Shown here one piece after another: positions 18,020-28,511 of a stretch of 64,000 bases of DNA; the first letter of the stretch is position 1; the number at the start of each line of letters is the position of its first letter. The notes under the pieces were generated by a model. That model was not told where the DNA came from and ran no database searches. It saw only the letters and a list, made by a program, of their open reading frames with translations. Made by a program: the position numbers and the translations under genes. The DNA comes from Pseudomonadota bacterium (GTDB lineage Bacteria > Pseudomonadota > Alphaproteobacteria > Acetobacterales > Acetobacteraceae). The stretch is taken from NCBI GenBank assembly GCA_018240405.1, contig JAFEFW010000636.1, positions 7,788 through 71,787 on the forward strand. Direction: 5' to 3'.

Positions 18020-19542
18020 CAGTGCAGGTCCCCGGCAAGCTTGGTGGTCTGTGCCAGTGCAGCCGTATGCTGCTGCACCATCTGGCCCACCGTGGCATCG
18101 AAGTAGCGGGTGAAGCTGGACGGGTAGATCCCCATCCAAAGGGTTAGCACGATCAGCGGTGCGAACACTGCCCACTCGCGTGGGCTGAGATCGAGAATAT
18201 TGCGCAGATCCTCGCGCGTAATGCGGCCGAAGATCACCCGGCTGTAAAGGTACAGCATGTAGACTGCGCCCAGGATCATCCCCATGCCGCCCAGCAGGGC
18301 CAGCCAGAAATTCACCTGCAGGGAGCCGATGATGACCAGGAACTCGCCGACAAAGCCGGCGGTGCCGGGCAGTCCGACGGACGCCATCATGAACAGCATG
18401 AACACCAGCGCATAGGACGGCATGCGGTCGGCCAGGCCGCCGTAGCGGGCGATCTCACGCGAGTGGATGCGGTCGTAGACGACGCCGACAACGAGGAAGA
18501 GCGCGGCCGACACCACGCCGTGCGACAGCATCTGGAACAGGCCGCCGTTGATGCCCTGGATATTGAAGGTGAACAGGCCGATCGTCACGACGCCCATGTG
18601 GGCGACCGACGAGTAGGCGATCAGCTTCTTCATGTCGGTCTGCGCCAGCGCCACCAATGACGTGTAGATCACGGCGACGACCGACAGGGTGAACATGAAC
18701 GGCGCGAAATAGGCCGAGGCCTGCGGCAACATCGGGATCGAGAAGCGCAGGAACCCGTAAGCGCCCATCTTCAGCAGCACGCCCGCCAGAATGACCGAGC
18801 CGGCGGTCGGCGCCTCCACATGCGCATCGGGCAGCCAGGTGTGGACCGGCCACATCGGCACCTTCACCGCAAACGAGGCGAAGAAAGCGAGGAACAGCCA
18901 GGTCTGCGCCGCGGTGGAGAAGTGCGTCTGCATCAGACCGCCGAAATCGGTCGTGCCGGCCTGCACCCACATATAGATCAGCGCCAACAGCATCAGCACC
19001 GATCCAGTGAGCGTGTAGAGGAAGAACTTGACCGCGGCGTAGACGCGGCGCGGTCCGCCCCAGACCCCGATGATCAGGTACATCGGGATCAGCACGCCCT
19101 CAAAGAACATGTAGAACAGCACGAAGTCCGTCGAGGCGAACATGCCGACCATCATGGTTTCCAGGATCAGGAAACTCATCATGAACTCGCGCACGCGGGT
19201 ATGGATCGCCTCCCACGCCGACAGGATGCAGATCGGCGTCAGCACCGTCGACAGCAGCACGAACAGCACAGATACGCCGTCGACGCCCATGCTGTAGCCG
19301 ACCTTGAACTCGGGCAGCCAACTGACGTGCTCTTGGAACTGGAAGCCCGGTTCGGCGGTATCGAACTGGAACCAGAGCACCAGCGACAGACCGAAGACAA
19401 GCAAGGACGTCCAAAGCGCGGTCCAGCGGGCGTTGGAGGCAACAGTCTCCTCGTCACCGCGAACCGTCATGATGACCACACAGCCGATCAGCGGCAACCA
19501 GGTGATCAGGGACAGGATGGGAAAGCCGGCAGCGTTGGTCAT
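18019..19542 (-). CDS. nuoM: NADH-quinone oxidoreductase subunit M
   Basis: Start MTNAAGFPILS at 19542; AVKVPMWPVHTWLPDAHVEAPT, DMKKLIAYSSVAHMG. Confidence 0.97.
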   Translation of the reverse strand: MTNAAGFPILSLITWLPLIGCVVIMTVRGDEETVASNARWTALWTSLLVFGLSLVLWFQFDTAEPGFQFQEHVSWLPEFKVGYSMGVDGVSVLFVLLSTVLTPICILSAWEAIHTRVREFMMSFLILETMMVGMFASTDFVLFYMFFEGVLIPMYLIIGVWGGPRRVYAAVKFFLYTLTGSVLMLLALIYMWVQAGTTDFGGLMQTHFSTAAQTWLFLAFFASFAVKVPMWPVHTWLPDAHVEAPTAGSVILAGVLLKMGAYGFLRFSIPMLPQASAYFAPFMFTLSVVAVIYTSLVALAQTDMKKLIAYSSVAHMGVVTIGLFTFNIQGINGGLFQMLSHGVVSAALFLVVGVVYDRIHSREIARYGGLADRMPSYALVFMLFMMASVGLPGTAGFVGEFLVIIGSLQVNFWLALLGGMGMILGAVYMLYLYSRVIFGRITREDLRNILDLSPREWAVFAPLIVLTLWMGIYPSSFTRYFDATVGQMVQQHTAALAQTTKLAGDLH

Positions 19543-19547
19543 TGGGG

Positions 19548-21488
19548 TTATCCTGCCAGCCTGGTGATCATGTAGATGGCAACGAGACAAACGACGCCGA
19601 TCAGCATCACGAAGGCATAAAGCGCCAGCGACCCTGTCTGGATCTTGACCACCTGCTTCGAGCCGTCGCTGGTCAGTGCCGCCAGCCCGTTCGGCACGCC
19701 GTCGATCAGCGTGGCGTCGCCGACCTGCCAGAACAGCGAGGCCAGGCGCATCGCCGGGCGGACGAAGATCGCGTCATACAGTTCGTCGAAATACCATTTG
19801 TTCAGCAGGAAGCGGTACACGGCGGGTGCCGCGCTGGCGAGCTGCTCCGGCAGTGTCGGCATCAGGATATACATCACGTACGCCAGGGCGATTCCCGCGA
19901 TGGCCATGACCAACGGCAGCAGCTCGACCCAGTGCGGGGCATGCTCCAGTGCCTCGATGATTTCGCCATGGTTCGGGTTGACGATCGCGCCGGCCCAGAA
20001 ATGTTCCCAGTCATGGCCGATGAACCAGGGATCCAGCGCCCAGCCCGCAATCACCGCGCCAATCGCCAGTACAACGAGCGGGCCAAGCATGACCCAGGGG
20101 CTTTCGTGCGCGTGCTCCATGGTGTGGTGGTCGACACGTGACGTCCCGTGGAAGGTCATGAACAGCAGCCGCCAGGAGTAGAACGCGGTCAGGAACGCCG
20201 CCAGCACCGTGCAGATGAAGGCGTAGGTGCCGATGCCGCTGTGCGACAGCCAGGTCGCCGAAATGATGGCGTCCTTGGAGTACGAGCCGGCCAGCGGCGG
20301 AATACCGGCCAGCGCCAGGTTGCCGATCCACATCACGGTGCAGGTGATCGGGATCGTCTTCCACAGCCCACCCATCTTCCGCATGTCCTGCTCATCGTGC
20401 AGCGCGTGGATGACGGAGCCGGCGGAGAGGAACAGGAGCGCCTTGAAGAAGGCGTGCGTTATCAGATGGAAGATCGCGGTCTGGTAGGCGGCGACGCCGA
20501 TGCCGGCGAACATGTAGCCAAGCTGCGAGCAGGTCGAGTAGGCGATGACACGCTTGATGTCGTTCTGCGTGCAGCCGACGGTGGCCGCGAACAGCGCGGT
20601 CGACGCACCGATAAAGGTGACGAAGCCCAGCGCATAGGGCGCGAAGTTCATCAGCGGCGACATGCGGGCCATCAGGAACACGCCGGCCGTCACCATGGTG
20701 GCGGCATGGATCAGCGCGGAGACCGGCGTCGGACCCTCCATCGCGTCCGGCAGCCAGACATGCAGGCCAAGCTGCGCCGACTTACCCATGGCACCGATGA
20801 ACAGCAGGAAGCCGATCACCTCATACGCACGCCAGGTGCCGCCGAATAGCGCGTAGGTGTCGTTGGCGTGTGCCGGCAGCGCCGCGAAGATGGTGGCGAA
20901 GTCCATCGAGCCGAACTTGAAGAACACCAGTGCCAGGCCGACGGCAAATGGCAGGTCGGCCACGCGGTTGACGACGAAGGCCTTGATCGCCGCGGCGCGC
21001 GCCGACGGACGGTCATACCAGTAGCCGATCAGCAGGTAAGAGCACAGGCCGACGCCTTCCCAGCCGAAGAAGATCTGCGCCAGGTTGTCCGCCGTCACCA
21101 GCATCAGCATGGCGAAGGTGAACAGCGACAGATAGGCGAAGAACCGGTAGCGCGGGCGGGAGTCGTGGCCCATGTAGCCGATCGAGTAGACGTGGATCAG
21201 CATCGAGACGAACGACACCATGCCGACCATCACTGCCGACAACGTGTCGTAGCGCAGCGCCCAGGCGACGTGGAACTTGCCGGCGTCCATCCAGGTGGCG
21301 ATGGTGATGACGCCTTCCGGCGCCTCGTGCAGTGCCAGTTGGAAGAAGGCAAGCGGCCCGCAGATCGCGGCGACAACCATGCCCAGCACCGAGGCGGTCA
21401 TCGCCGCCCTGTCCCCCATGGCGCGACCGCCGAGACCGGCGATCAGCGCGCCGATGAGCGGCGCGAATACGGCAAGCGTGTAGAGCAT
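19548..21488 (-). CDS. nuoL: NADH-quinone oxidoreductase subunit L
   Basis: GWEGVGLCSYLLIG, GKSAQLGLHVWLPDAMEGPTPVSALIHAATMV; 646 aa. Confidence 0.97.
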   Translation of the reverse strand: MLYTLAVFAPLIGALIAGLGGRAMGDRAAMTASVLGMVVAAICGPLAFFQLALHEAPEGVITIATWMDAGKFHVAWALRYDTLSAVMVGMVSFVSMLIHVYSIGYMGHDSRPRYRFFAYLSLFTFAMLMLVTADNLAQIFFGWEGVGLCSYLLIGYWYDRPSARAAAIKAFVVNRVADLPFAVGLALVFFKFGSMDFATIFAALPAHANDTYALFGGTWRAYEVIGFLLFIGAMGKSAQLGLHVWLPDAMEGPTPVSALIHAATMVTAGVFLMARMSPLMNFAPYALGFVTFIGASTALFAATVGCTQNDIKRVIAYSTCSQLGYMFAGIGVAAYQTAIFHLITHAFFKALLFLSAGSVIHALHDEQDMRKMGGLWKTIPITCTVMWIGNLALAGIPPLAGSYSKDAIISATWLSHSGIGTYAFICTVLAAFLTAFYSWRLLFMTFHGTSRVDHHTMEHAHESPWVMLGPLVVLAIGAVIAGWALDPWFIGHDWEHFWAGAIVNPNHGEIIEALEHAPHWVELLPLVMAIAGIALAYVMYILMPTLPEQLASAAPAVYRFLLNKWYFDELYDAIFVRPAMRLASLFWQVGDATLIDGVPNGLAALTSDGSKQVVKIQTGSLALYAFVMLIGVVCLVAIYMITRLAG

Positions 21489-21490
21489 CG

Positions 21491-21802
21491 TCAGCCTTTC
21501 ATCAGGTTGACGTCTTCAACCTGGATCGACCCGCGATTGCGGAAATAGATGGTCACGATGGCGAGTCCGATGGCGGCCTCGGCCGCGGCCACGGTCAGCA
21601 CCAGCATCGCCAGGATCTGCCCGGCCATATCGCCATGCTCAGCGGAGAAGGCGACAAGGTTCAGGTTCACCGCGAGCAGGATCAACTCGATCGACATCAG
21701 GATGATGATGACGTTCTTCCGGTTCAGGAAGATGCCGAAGATCCCCAGCACCAGGAGGATGGCGGACACCACAAGGTAGTGGCCGACGCCGACGAGGTTC
21801 AT
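21491..21802 (-). CDS. nuoK: NADH-quinone oxidoreductase subunit K
   Basis: Start [10 protein letters not shown] at 21802; [26 protein letters not shown]. Confidence 0.96.
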   Translation of the reverse strand: MNLVGVGHYLVVSAILLVLGIFGIFLNRKNVIIILMSIELILLAVNLNLVAFSAEHGDMAGQILAMLVLTVAAAEAAIGLAIVTIYFRNRGSIQVEDVNLMKG

Positions 21803-21912
21803 AGGCGGGTCTCCAGGGCGTATTGGCCTGTCGTTGGTGCGAGAGCGGTCGGCGCGGTTGCCATAGCGGGCAGGGACCACCGTATCGTCATGGCAGGCGC
21901 GGACCGCTTTGT

Positions 21913-22000
21913 CGTCATGGCGGGTGAAGGCCCGCCATCCACGCCTTGCACTGCGGCTAGAGAGAGAGGCGTGGATGGCGGGCCTTCGCCCACCATGACG
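21913..22000. repeat. CGTC-tagged palindromic (REP-like) element between nuoJ and nuoK
   Basis: 34-nt arms 21913-21946 and 21967-22000 (CGTCATGG...CCATCCACGCCT and its reverse complement, 2 mismatches), 20-nt loop; partial copies at 21886 and 22011-22030. Confidence 0.8.
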
Positions 22001-22063
22001 AGACCCTTCCAGCCTTCGCCCGCCATGATGCGACTGTTGGCAGTAACGATCATGCCCTGCGCC

Positions 22064-22777
22064 TCAGTGATGGCCATGATTGTCGTGCCCATGACCGTGG
22101 CCACCGTGATCGTCGTGGCCGACCAGTTCCTCGGGCTCCTCAACAATCGGGCGCAGGAAGCCGCCGCTTTCGGTGACGCTGGCGCCAAGCGGGACCGACA
22201 CCATCGCGAGGGTTTCGTCGACCCGGCGCGAGGTCTGCACCGAAATGTCCTGGTGCCGCGATGTTTTGCGGTCACGCAACGTCAGTACAATGGCACCGAC
22301 CATGGCAACCAGCAGCACCAGCCCGGCCAGCTGGAACAGCAGGATGTAATCCGTGTACATCAGCATGCCGATCGCTTCGGTGTTGCTGACGCCGGCGGGC
22401 GTGGGCGAGGCATGAAAACGGACCGCATCGGGCGCCAGCTTCCAGCCGCCGAACACGATCAACAGCTCGACGAACAACACCGCGCCGACCGCGGCCCCAA
22501 TTGGCAGGTAGCGCTGGAAGCCGCTGCGCAGTTCATCGAAGTCGACGTCGAGCATCATGACGACGAACAGGAACAACACCGCCACCGCGCCGACATAGAC
22601 GATGACCAGGATCATCGCCAGGAACTCGGCCCCCGCGACCAGGAACAGGGCCGAGGCGTTGAAGAACGCCAGGATAAGGAACAGCACAGCGTGCACTGGA
22701 TTGCGCGAGCTGACCACCATGGCCGCGGACACAACCAATACCGCGGAGAACAGGTAGAAGAGCGTTAGTGTGATCAT
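22064..22777 (-). CDS. nuoJ: NADH-quinone oxidoreductase subunit J, with His-rich C-tail
   Basis: [39 protein letters not shown]; ATGA overlap with nuoI. Confidence 0.96.
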   Translation of the reverse strand: MITLTLFYLFSAVLVVSAAMVVSSRNPVHAVLFLILAFFNASALFLVAGAEFLAMILVIVYVGAVAVLFLFVVMMLDVDFDELRSGFQRYLPIGAAVGAVLFVELLIVFGGWKLAPDAVRFHASPTPAGVSNTEAIGMLMYTDYILLFQLAGLVLLVAMVGAIVLTLRDRKTSRHQDISVQTSRRVDETLAMVSVPLGASVTESGGFLRPIVEEPEELVGHDDHGGHGHGHDNHGHH

Positions 22778-23262
22778 CTGTAGGGCGCGTCCAGTTCCAG
22801 CCGGCGCGCAATCTCAGGCTCCCACCGGTCGCCATTCGCCAGCAGCCGCTCTTTGTTATAGAGCAGTTCCTCGCGGGTTTCCGTTGCGAACTCGAAATTC
22901 GGGCCTTCGACGATGGCGTCCACCGGACAGGCTTCCTCGCAGAGGCCGCAGTAGATGCATTTCGTCATGTCGATGTCATAGCGCGTGGTGCGGCGGGAGC
23001 CATCAGTGCGCGGCTCTGCCTCAATGGTGATGGCCTGAGCCGGACAGATCGCCTCGCACAGCTTGCACGCGATGCAGCGTTCTTCGCCGTTCGGATAGCG
23101 GCGCAGCGCGTGCTCTCCCTTGAAGCGCGGGCTCAGCGGGCCTTTCTCGTACGGGTAGTTGATCGTCGCCTTCGGCTTGAAGAAGTAGCGCAGCGTCAGG
23201 CCGAGGCCCTGCAGCAGCTCGCCCAGCAGGAGGCTGCGGGCGGCGCGGTCGATCATTGCCAT
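22774..23262 (-). CDS. nuoI: NADH-quinone oxidoreductase subunit I
   Basis: Two ferredoxin motifs [12 protein letters not shown] and [12 protein letters not shown]. Confidence 0.98.
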   Translation of the reverse strand: MAMIDRAARSLLLGELLQGLGLTLRYFFKPKATINYPYEKGPLSPRFKGEHALRRYPNGEERCIACKLCEAICPAQAITIEAEPRTDGSRRTTRYDIDMTKCIYCGLCEEACPVDAIVEGPNFEFATETREELLYNKERLLANGDRWEPEIARRLELDAPYR

Positions 23263-23293
23263 CTCAGGACTCCTGCGGGTGCCGCACGCCGGT

Positions 23294-23403
23294 CGTCATG
23301 GACGGGCTCAGCCCGATTACCCACGACTTGCGGTGCGGGGATCGCCCAGGGTGGAACCCGGGGATGCAACGTCGTGGGTAGCCGGCCTGTGCCGACCATG
23401 ACG
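23294..23403. repeat. Second CGTC-tagged palindromic element, between nuoH and nuoI
   Basis: CGTCATGG...TACCCACGAC at 23294-23327 mirrored by GTCGTGGGTA...CCATGACG at 23371-23403; each arm has an internal hairpin. Confidence 0.75.
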
Positions 23404-23429
23404 GATCAGATGCAGCTTGGCGGTCAGTA

Positions 23430-24437
23430 CTACACATTGGGCAGCCACCCGAAGGCCATGAGCGCGCCGGCTGTTAGCACCAGCCAGCCGAGCGACAGCG
23501 GCAGGAACACCTTCCAACCCAACCGCATGAGTTGATCGTAGCGGTAGCGTGGCATCGTGCCGCGGATCCACAGAAAGAAGAACAGGCAGAGGCAGATCTT
23601 CAGCACGAACCACAGCACGCCAAGCTGCGGCAGGATGCCGAAGGGACCGAGCCAGCCACCGAGGAACAGGATGGTGGTCATCCCGCTCATCAGGATCATG
23701 TTGGCGTACTCGCCAAGGAAGAACAGTGCGAACGCCATCGCCGAGTATTCGACGAAGAAGCCCGCCACGATCTCCGACTCACCTTCCGGAATATCGAATG
23801 GCGAGCGGTTCGTCTCCGCCAGGGTCGAAATGAAGAAGACGATGAACATCGGGAACAGCGGGATGCAGAACCAGACCGTCTGCTGCGCGCGCACCACGTC
23901 CGTCAGGTTCAGGGAACCGACGCACAGCAGCACGGTGACCAGCACGAAACCCATGGACACTTCGTAGCTGACCATCTGCGCCGCCGACCGCAGCGCGCCC
24001 AGGAAGGCGTATTTCGAATTGGAAGCCCAGCCGGCGATGATGATGCCGTAGACGCCCAATGAGGAGATCGCGAACAGGTACAGGATGCCGACATTGATAT
24101 CGGCGATCGCCCAGCCGTCGTTCACCGGGATCACCGCCCATGCCAGCATCGCCAGCATGAAGGTCAGCATCGGCGCAAGCAGGAACAGGATACGGTTCGC
24201 CCCCGAGGGGATGATCGTTTCCTTCATCAGCATCTTCAGCGCGTCGGCGAAGGGCTGCAGCAGGCCAAACGGGCCGACGACATTCGGGCCCTTGCGGATC
24301 TGGATCGCCGCCAGCACCTTGCGCTCCGCCAGCGTCAGATACGCAACGCCGATCAGCAGCGGCACCAGCAACGCGAGCGCCTGGAGGAAAGTGAGGATCA
24401 CGATCCCCACGGCGGTGTTGTAGAAGAAGTCAGCCAT
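23430..24437 (-). CDS. nuoH: NADH-quinone oxidoreductase subunit H
   Basis: [49 protein letters not shown]. Confidence 0.98.
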   Translation of the reverse strand: MADFFYNTAVGIVILTFLQALALLVPLLIGVAYLTLAERKVLAAIQIRKGPNVVGPFGLLQPFADALKMLMKETIIPSGANRILFLLAPMLTFMLAMLAWAVIPVNDGWAIADINVGILYLFAISSLGVYGIIIAGWASNSKYAFLGALRSAAQMVSYEVSMGFVLVTVLLCVGSLNLTDVVRAQQTVWFCIPLFPMFIVFFISTLAETNRSPFDIPEGESEIVAGFFVEYSAMAFALFFLGEYANMILMSGMTTILFLGGWLGPFGILPQLGVLWFVLKICLCLFFFLWIRGTMPRYRYDQLMRLGWKVFLPLSLGWLVLTAGALMAFGWLPNV

Positions 24438-24440
24438 GCT

Positions 24441-26498
24441 CTACTCCGCCGCCAGCGCCGGCTGGGTATGCGCTGCCACGCAAGCCGCCATGGTCGGGCT
24501 GGCTCTGCTGATCGGGTCGGTCTGGTAGTACGACTGCATCGGCGACACCAGTGGCTTGTAGCTCAACACATTCGGGTCGCCGACCGGACCGCTCTGGTCG
24601 GAGCAGCCAAAGCGCGGCAGGTGGCTGAGCGTCGCGAAGATCGGGTTCACCTTCTCAAGCCGCGCCCGCAACGCCTCGATCGTGTCGTAAGGCAGGCGTT
24701 TGCCAGCCACGTCGGAGAAGGCACGCAGGATGCGCCAGTCCTCGCGCGCATCGCCGGGCGGATAGAGGGCCGAGAAGCCGCGCTGCACCCGGCCTTCGGT
24801 GTTCACATAAGTGCCAGATTTCTCGGTATACGCTGCCCCCGGCAGGATTACGTCGGCGCGGTGTGCGCCGGCATCGCCATGGTGGCCCTGGTAGACAACA
24901 AACGTGTTCGCCGGAATCGCCATGGTGTCGAACTCGTCGGCGCCGAGCAGCCAGAGGAAATCAACGCCGCCACCGACGAGGGATTCAAAGGCCTTGCCTT
25001 CTGGTCCTGGCAGGAAACCCAGGTCGAGCGCGCCAACCCGGGCAGCAGCCGTGTGCAGCACGTTGAACCCGTGCCAGTCCGGCGTCAGCGCGCCGAACTT
25101 GGCAGCCAGCCGCCACGCGGCGGCCAGGATCGAGGTGCCGTCCGGCCGCGCCAGGGCCCCCTGCCCGATGATGATCATCGGCCGCTTGGCGTCCTCAAGA
25201 ATTCTGGCGAAGGCGTGCGACCCGTCGAACAGCGACGACAGAGCGGTGGGTGCCGGGCCAAGATCAGTGACCGGATAAGTCAAATTCGTGTCGGCGCCGA
25301 TGACCGCGACCGGCGTGGCATTGGCCGACCACACCTTGCGGATGCGGGCGTTCAGCACCGGCGCTTCGCGTCGCGGGTTGGAGCCGACGATCAGGATGGC
25401 GTCTGCCTCCTCGATGCCGGCAATCGTGGTGTTGAACAGATAAAAGTCGCGGCGCGAGGTGTCGATCTTCGCGCCGTCCTGACGGCAGTCGAAGTTCTGC
25501 GAACCAAAAGAAGCCAGCAAATCCTTCAGCGCCATCATGCTCTCGGCGTCGCACAGGTCACCAGCGACGGCGCCGATGCGGTCACCGGGCAGGCTCTTCA
25601 GCTTCGCCGCGATCGCATCGAACGCCTCCGCCCACGAAGCCTCGCGCAGCTTGCCGTTCTGCCGCACCCAGGGACGGTCCAGCCGACGGCGCTTGAGCCC
25701 GTCGAGCGAGAAGCGGGACTTGTCGCCCAGCCACTCCTCATTCACGTCGTCATTGATGCGCGGCAGGATGCGCAGCACTTCATTGCCGCGGGCGTCGATG
25801 CGGATATTGGCGCCAACCGCGTCCAGCGCGTCGATGCTGTCGGTCTTCGACAGTTCCCATGGACGCGCGACGAACGCATAGGGCTTGGACGTCAGCGCAC
25901 CGACCGGGCAGAGATCAATGATATTGCCCGAGAGTTCGGAGCCGAGCGCCTTCTCGACATAGGTGCCGACTTCCATGTGCTCACCGCGGTTGGTCGCGCC
26001 GAGATCGGGCACGCCGGCCACCTCAGTGATGAAGCGGATGCAGCGCGTGCAATGGATGCAGCGGTTCATCACCGTCTTGACCAGCGGACCGAGATTCTTG
26101 TCCGGCACGGCACGCTTGTTCTCGGCATAGCGCGAATGATCCATGCCATAGCCAAGCGCCTGGTCCTGCAGGTCGCATTCGCCGCCCTGGTCGCAGATCG
26201 GACAGTCGAGCGGGTGGTTGATCAGCAGGAACTCCATCACGCCGCGGCGGGCGTTGCGGACCATCTTGCTGTTGGTATGGACGACCATGCCCTCGGCGAT
26301 TGGATAGCCGCAGGAGGCGATGGGCTTCGGCGGCGCCTTCTCCACTTCCACCAGACACATGCGGCAGTTGCCGGCGATGGACAGGCGTTCGTGGTAGCAG
26401 AAGCGTGGGATCTCGATGCCGGCGAGTTCCGCCGCTTGCAGAATGGTCGAACCGGCCGGAGCGTCGACTTCGATGCCGTCGATGGTGACTTTGGGCAT
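24441..26498 (-). CDS. nuoG: NADH-quinone oxidoreductase subunit G
   Basis: CYHERLSIAGNCRMC, HPLDCPICDQGGECDLQ, CIHCTRC, CPVGAL. Confidence 0.98.
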   Translation of the reverse strand: MPKVTIDGIEVDAPAGSTILQAAELAGIEIPRFCYHERLSIAGNCRMCLVEVEKAPPKPIASCGYPIAEGMVVHTNSKMVRNARRGVMEFLLINHPLDCPICDQGGECDLQDQALGYGMDHSRYAENKRAVPDKNLGPLVKTVMNRCIHCTRCIRFITEVAGVPDLGATNRGEHMEVGTYVEKALGSELSGNIIDLCPVGALTSKPYAFVARPWELSKTDSIDALDAVGANIRIDARGNEVLRILPRINDDVNEEWLGDKSRFSLDGLKRRRLDRPWVRQNGKLREASWAEAFDAIAAKLKSLPGDRIGAVAGDLCDAESMMALKDLLASFGSQNFDCRQDGAKIDTSRRDFYLFNTTIAGIEEADAILIVGSNPRREAPVLNARIRKVWSANATPVAVIGADTNLTYPVTDLGPAPTALSSLFDGSHAFARILEDAKRPMIIIGQGALARPDGTSILAAAWRLAAKFGALTPDWHGFNVLHTAAARVGALDLGFLPGPEGKAFESLVGGGVDFLWLLGADEFDTMAIPANTFVVYQGHHGDAGAHRADVILPGAAYTEKSGTYVNTEGRVQRGFSALYPPGDAREDWRILRAFSDVAGKRLPYDTIEALRARLEKVNPIFATLSHLPRFGCSDQSGPVGDPNVLSYKPLVSPMQSYYQTDPISRASPTMAACVAAHTQPALAAE

Positions 26499-26554
26499 TA
26501 GGTCCTCTCCGACGCAACGATCGGCGTTTCACTACAATACACGCCGGTCATCCC

Positions 26555-27853
26555 CTACTCCGCCGCCAGGCGCGGCTGCGCCGTGCCGCGGGCCTTGTAG
26601 GCGGCGATGCGCTCCTCCATCACCGGACGGAAGTGCCGGATCAGGCCCTGGATCGGCCAGGCGGCGGCGTCGCCGAGGGCGCAGATCGTGTGCCCCTCAA
26701 CCTGTCGCGTCACCTGTTCCAGCGTATCGATCTCAGAGGGCTCCGCGCGGCCCTCGACCATCCGCGTCATCACCCGCCACATCCAGCCGGTGCCTTCGCG
26801 GCACGGGGTGCACTGGCCGCAGCTTTCATGCATGTAGAACTTTGACAGCCGGGCGATCGCCTTGATCAGGTCAGTCGACTTGTCCATCACGATCACCGCC
26901 GCCGTGCCGAGGCCCGACCGGACCGCACGCAGGCTGTCGAAGTCCATCAGGACCTCATCGCAGACCGATTTCGGGATCAGCGGCACCGACGACCCGCCGG
27001 GGATCACTGCCAGCAGGTTGTCCCAGCCGCCGCGCACGCCGCCAGCATATTTTTCGATCAGTTCTTTCAGCGGGATGCCGAGTTCTTCTTCGACATTACA
27101 CGGCTTGTTCACATGGCCGGAGATGCAGAACACCTTCTGGCCGGTGTTGTTCTGCCGACCGAGCGACGTGAACCACGCCGCGCCACGCCGCAGGATCGTC
27201 GGCGAGACCGCAATCGATTCGACGTTGTTGACCGTCGAAGGGCAGCCATACAGCCCGACGCCGGCGGGGAATGGCGGCTTCATCCGCGGCATTCCCTTCT
27301 TGCCTTCCAGGCTCTCGATCAGCGCGGTTTCCTCGCCGCAGATATAAGCGCCGGCACCGCGGTGCAGTACGACGTCGAAATCATAGCCCGACCCGCAAGC
27401 ATTCCTGCCGATCAGGCCAGCCTCATATGCCTCATCGATCGCCGCCTGCAACACACGAGATTCGTTGTAGAATTCACCGCGGATATAGATAAACGCCGCG
27501 CAGGCGCCCATGGCGAAGCCGGCCACCAGACAGCCTTCGATCAGCTTGTGCGGATCGTGGCGGATGATGTCGCGATCCTTGCAGGTGCCGGGTTCGGATT
27601 CATCGGCATTGACCACGAGGTAGCACGGTCGGTCCGACTGCTTCGGCATGAACGACCATTTCAGACCGGTTGGGAACCCTGCCCCGCCGCGTCCGCGCAG
27701 GCCGGAATCCTTCATCTCCTGGATGATCGCGTCGCGCCCCCTTTCGAGCAGCGCCTTGGTGTTATCCCAGTCGCCGCGCGCCCGTGCACCGCTCAGGAAG
27801 GGATCGTGCAGGCCATAGAGGTTGGTGAAAATGCGGTCCTTGTCGGCAAGCAT
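26555..27853 (-). CDS. nuoF: NADH-quinone oxidoreductase subunit F
   Basis: [43 protein letters not shown]. Confidence 0.98.
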   Translation of the reverse strand: MLADKDRIFTNLYGLHDPFLSGARARGDWDNTKALLERGRDAIIQEMKDSGLRGRGGAGFPTGLKWSFMPKQSDRPCYLVVNADESEPGTCKDRDIIRHDPHKLIEGCLVAGFAMGACAAFIYIRGEFYNESRVLQAAIDEAYEAGLIGRNACGSGYDFDVVLHRGAGAYICGEETALIESLEGKKGMPRMKPPFPAGVGLYGCPSTVNNVESIAVSPTILRRGAAWFTSLGRQNNTGQKVFCISGHVNKPCNVEEELGIPLKELIEKYAGGVRGGWDNLLAVIPGGSSVPLIPKSVCDEVLMDFDSLRAVRSGLGTAAVIVMDKSTDLIKAIARLSKFYMHESCGQCTPCREGTGWMWRVMTRMVEGRAEPSEIDTLEQVTRQVEGHTICALGDAAAWPIQGLIRHFRPVMEERIAAYKARGTAQPRLAAE

Positions 27854-27854
27854 G

Positions 27855-28508
27855 TTACTTCTCCGGCGCGAAGCGCAACGTCGTCAGGGTGGTTGGTCCA
27901 CCCGCGGGGGCGGACGCCTGACGTCCGGCCATCGACCCAGGCTTCGGCCGTTCGCCCCGGCGCAGCGCGGCCAGCAGGTCCTGGACCTTCTGCGCGTCCA
28001 TGTCTTCGTAAAAATCGTCGTCGACCTGCAGGATCGGCGCGTTCACGCAAGCACCGAGGCACTCCACTTCGGTCATGGTGAACATCCCGTCAGCCGAGGT
28101 CTCGCCCCAGCCCTGGATGCCGGTTTCCTTGCGGCAAGCTTCCGTTACCTCGTCCGAACCGCGCAGCCAGCACGGCGTCGTGGTGCACACCTGCAGGTGG
28201 TATTTCCCGACCGGCTTGGTGTTGAACATGAAGTAGAAGGTGCAGACCTCGTAGACGCGGATCGGCGCCATGCCGAGTTTGGCGGCCACGGCATCCATTC
28301 CCTTGACCGGCACCCAGGCACTGCCGGTCTGCCGTTTCATCTGCCGCTGCACGACATACAGCGCCGGGATGACCGCGCTGGCCTGCCGTCCGACCGGGTA
28401 TTTCGCAATGATCTTCGCGAGTTCCGCCTCACTTTCGGCATCGAACGCGAAGCTGGCCGGCTGCTCGAACGGTTCACCCCGCTCGCCGACGTTGGTCACG
28501 ACGTCCAT
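27855..28508 (-). CDS. nuoE: NADH-quinone oxidoreductase subunit E
   Basis: [11 protein letters not shown] and [11 protein letters not shown] 2Fe-2S motifs. Confidence 0.97.
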   Translation of the reverse strand: MDVVTNVGERGEPFEQPASFAFDAESEAELAKIIAKYPVGRQASAVIPALYVVQRQMKRQTGSAWVPVKGMDAVAAKLGMAPIRVYEVCTFYFMFNTKPVGKYHLQVCTTTPCWLRGSDEVTEACRKETGIQGWGETSADGMFTMTEVECLGACVNAPILQVDDDFYEDMDAQKVQDLLAALRRGERPKPGSMAGRQASAPAGGPTTLTTLRFAPEK

Positions 28509-28511
28509 GGT

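Noticed and set aside
22064-22120. NuoJ His tail derived from the adjacent CGTC repeat (CATGACG reads His-Asp)
   Set aside because: The tail codons look like a local GGC-CAC-GAC duplication and do not align with the repeat arm.
24468-26501. Long antisense ORFs opposite nuoG and other genes (for example 5491..6975, 42357..44603, 46347..48410, 52358..53974, 54699..56129)
   Set aside because: Shadow frames expected from high-GC codon bias; no motifs or RBS, and each fully overlaps a well-supported gene.
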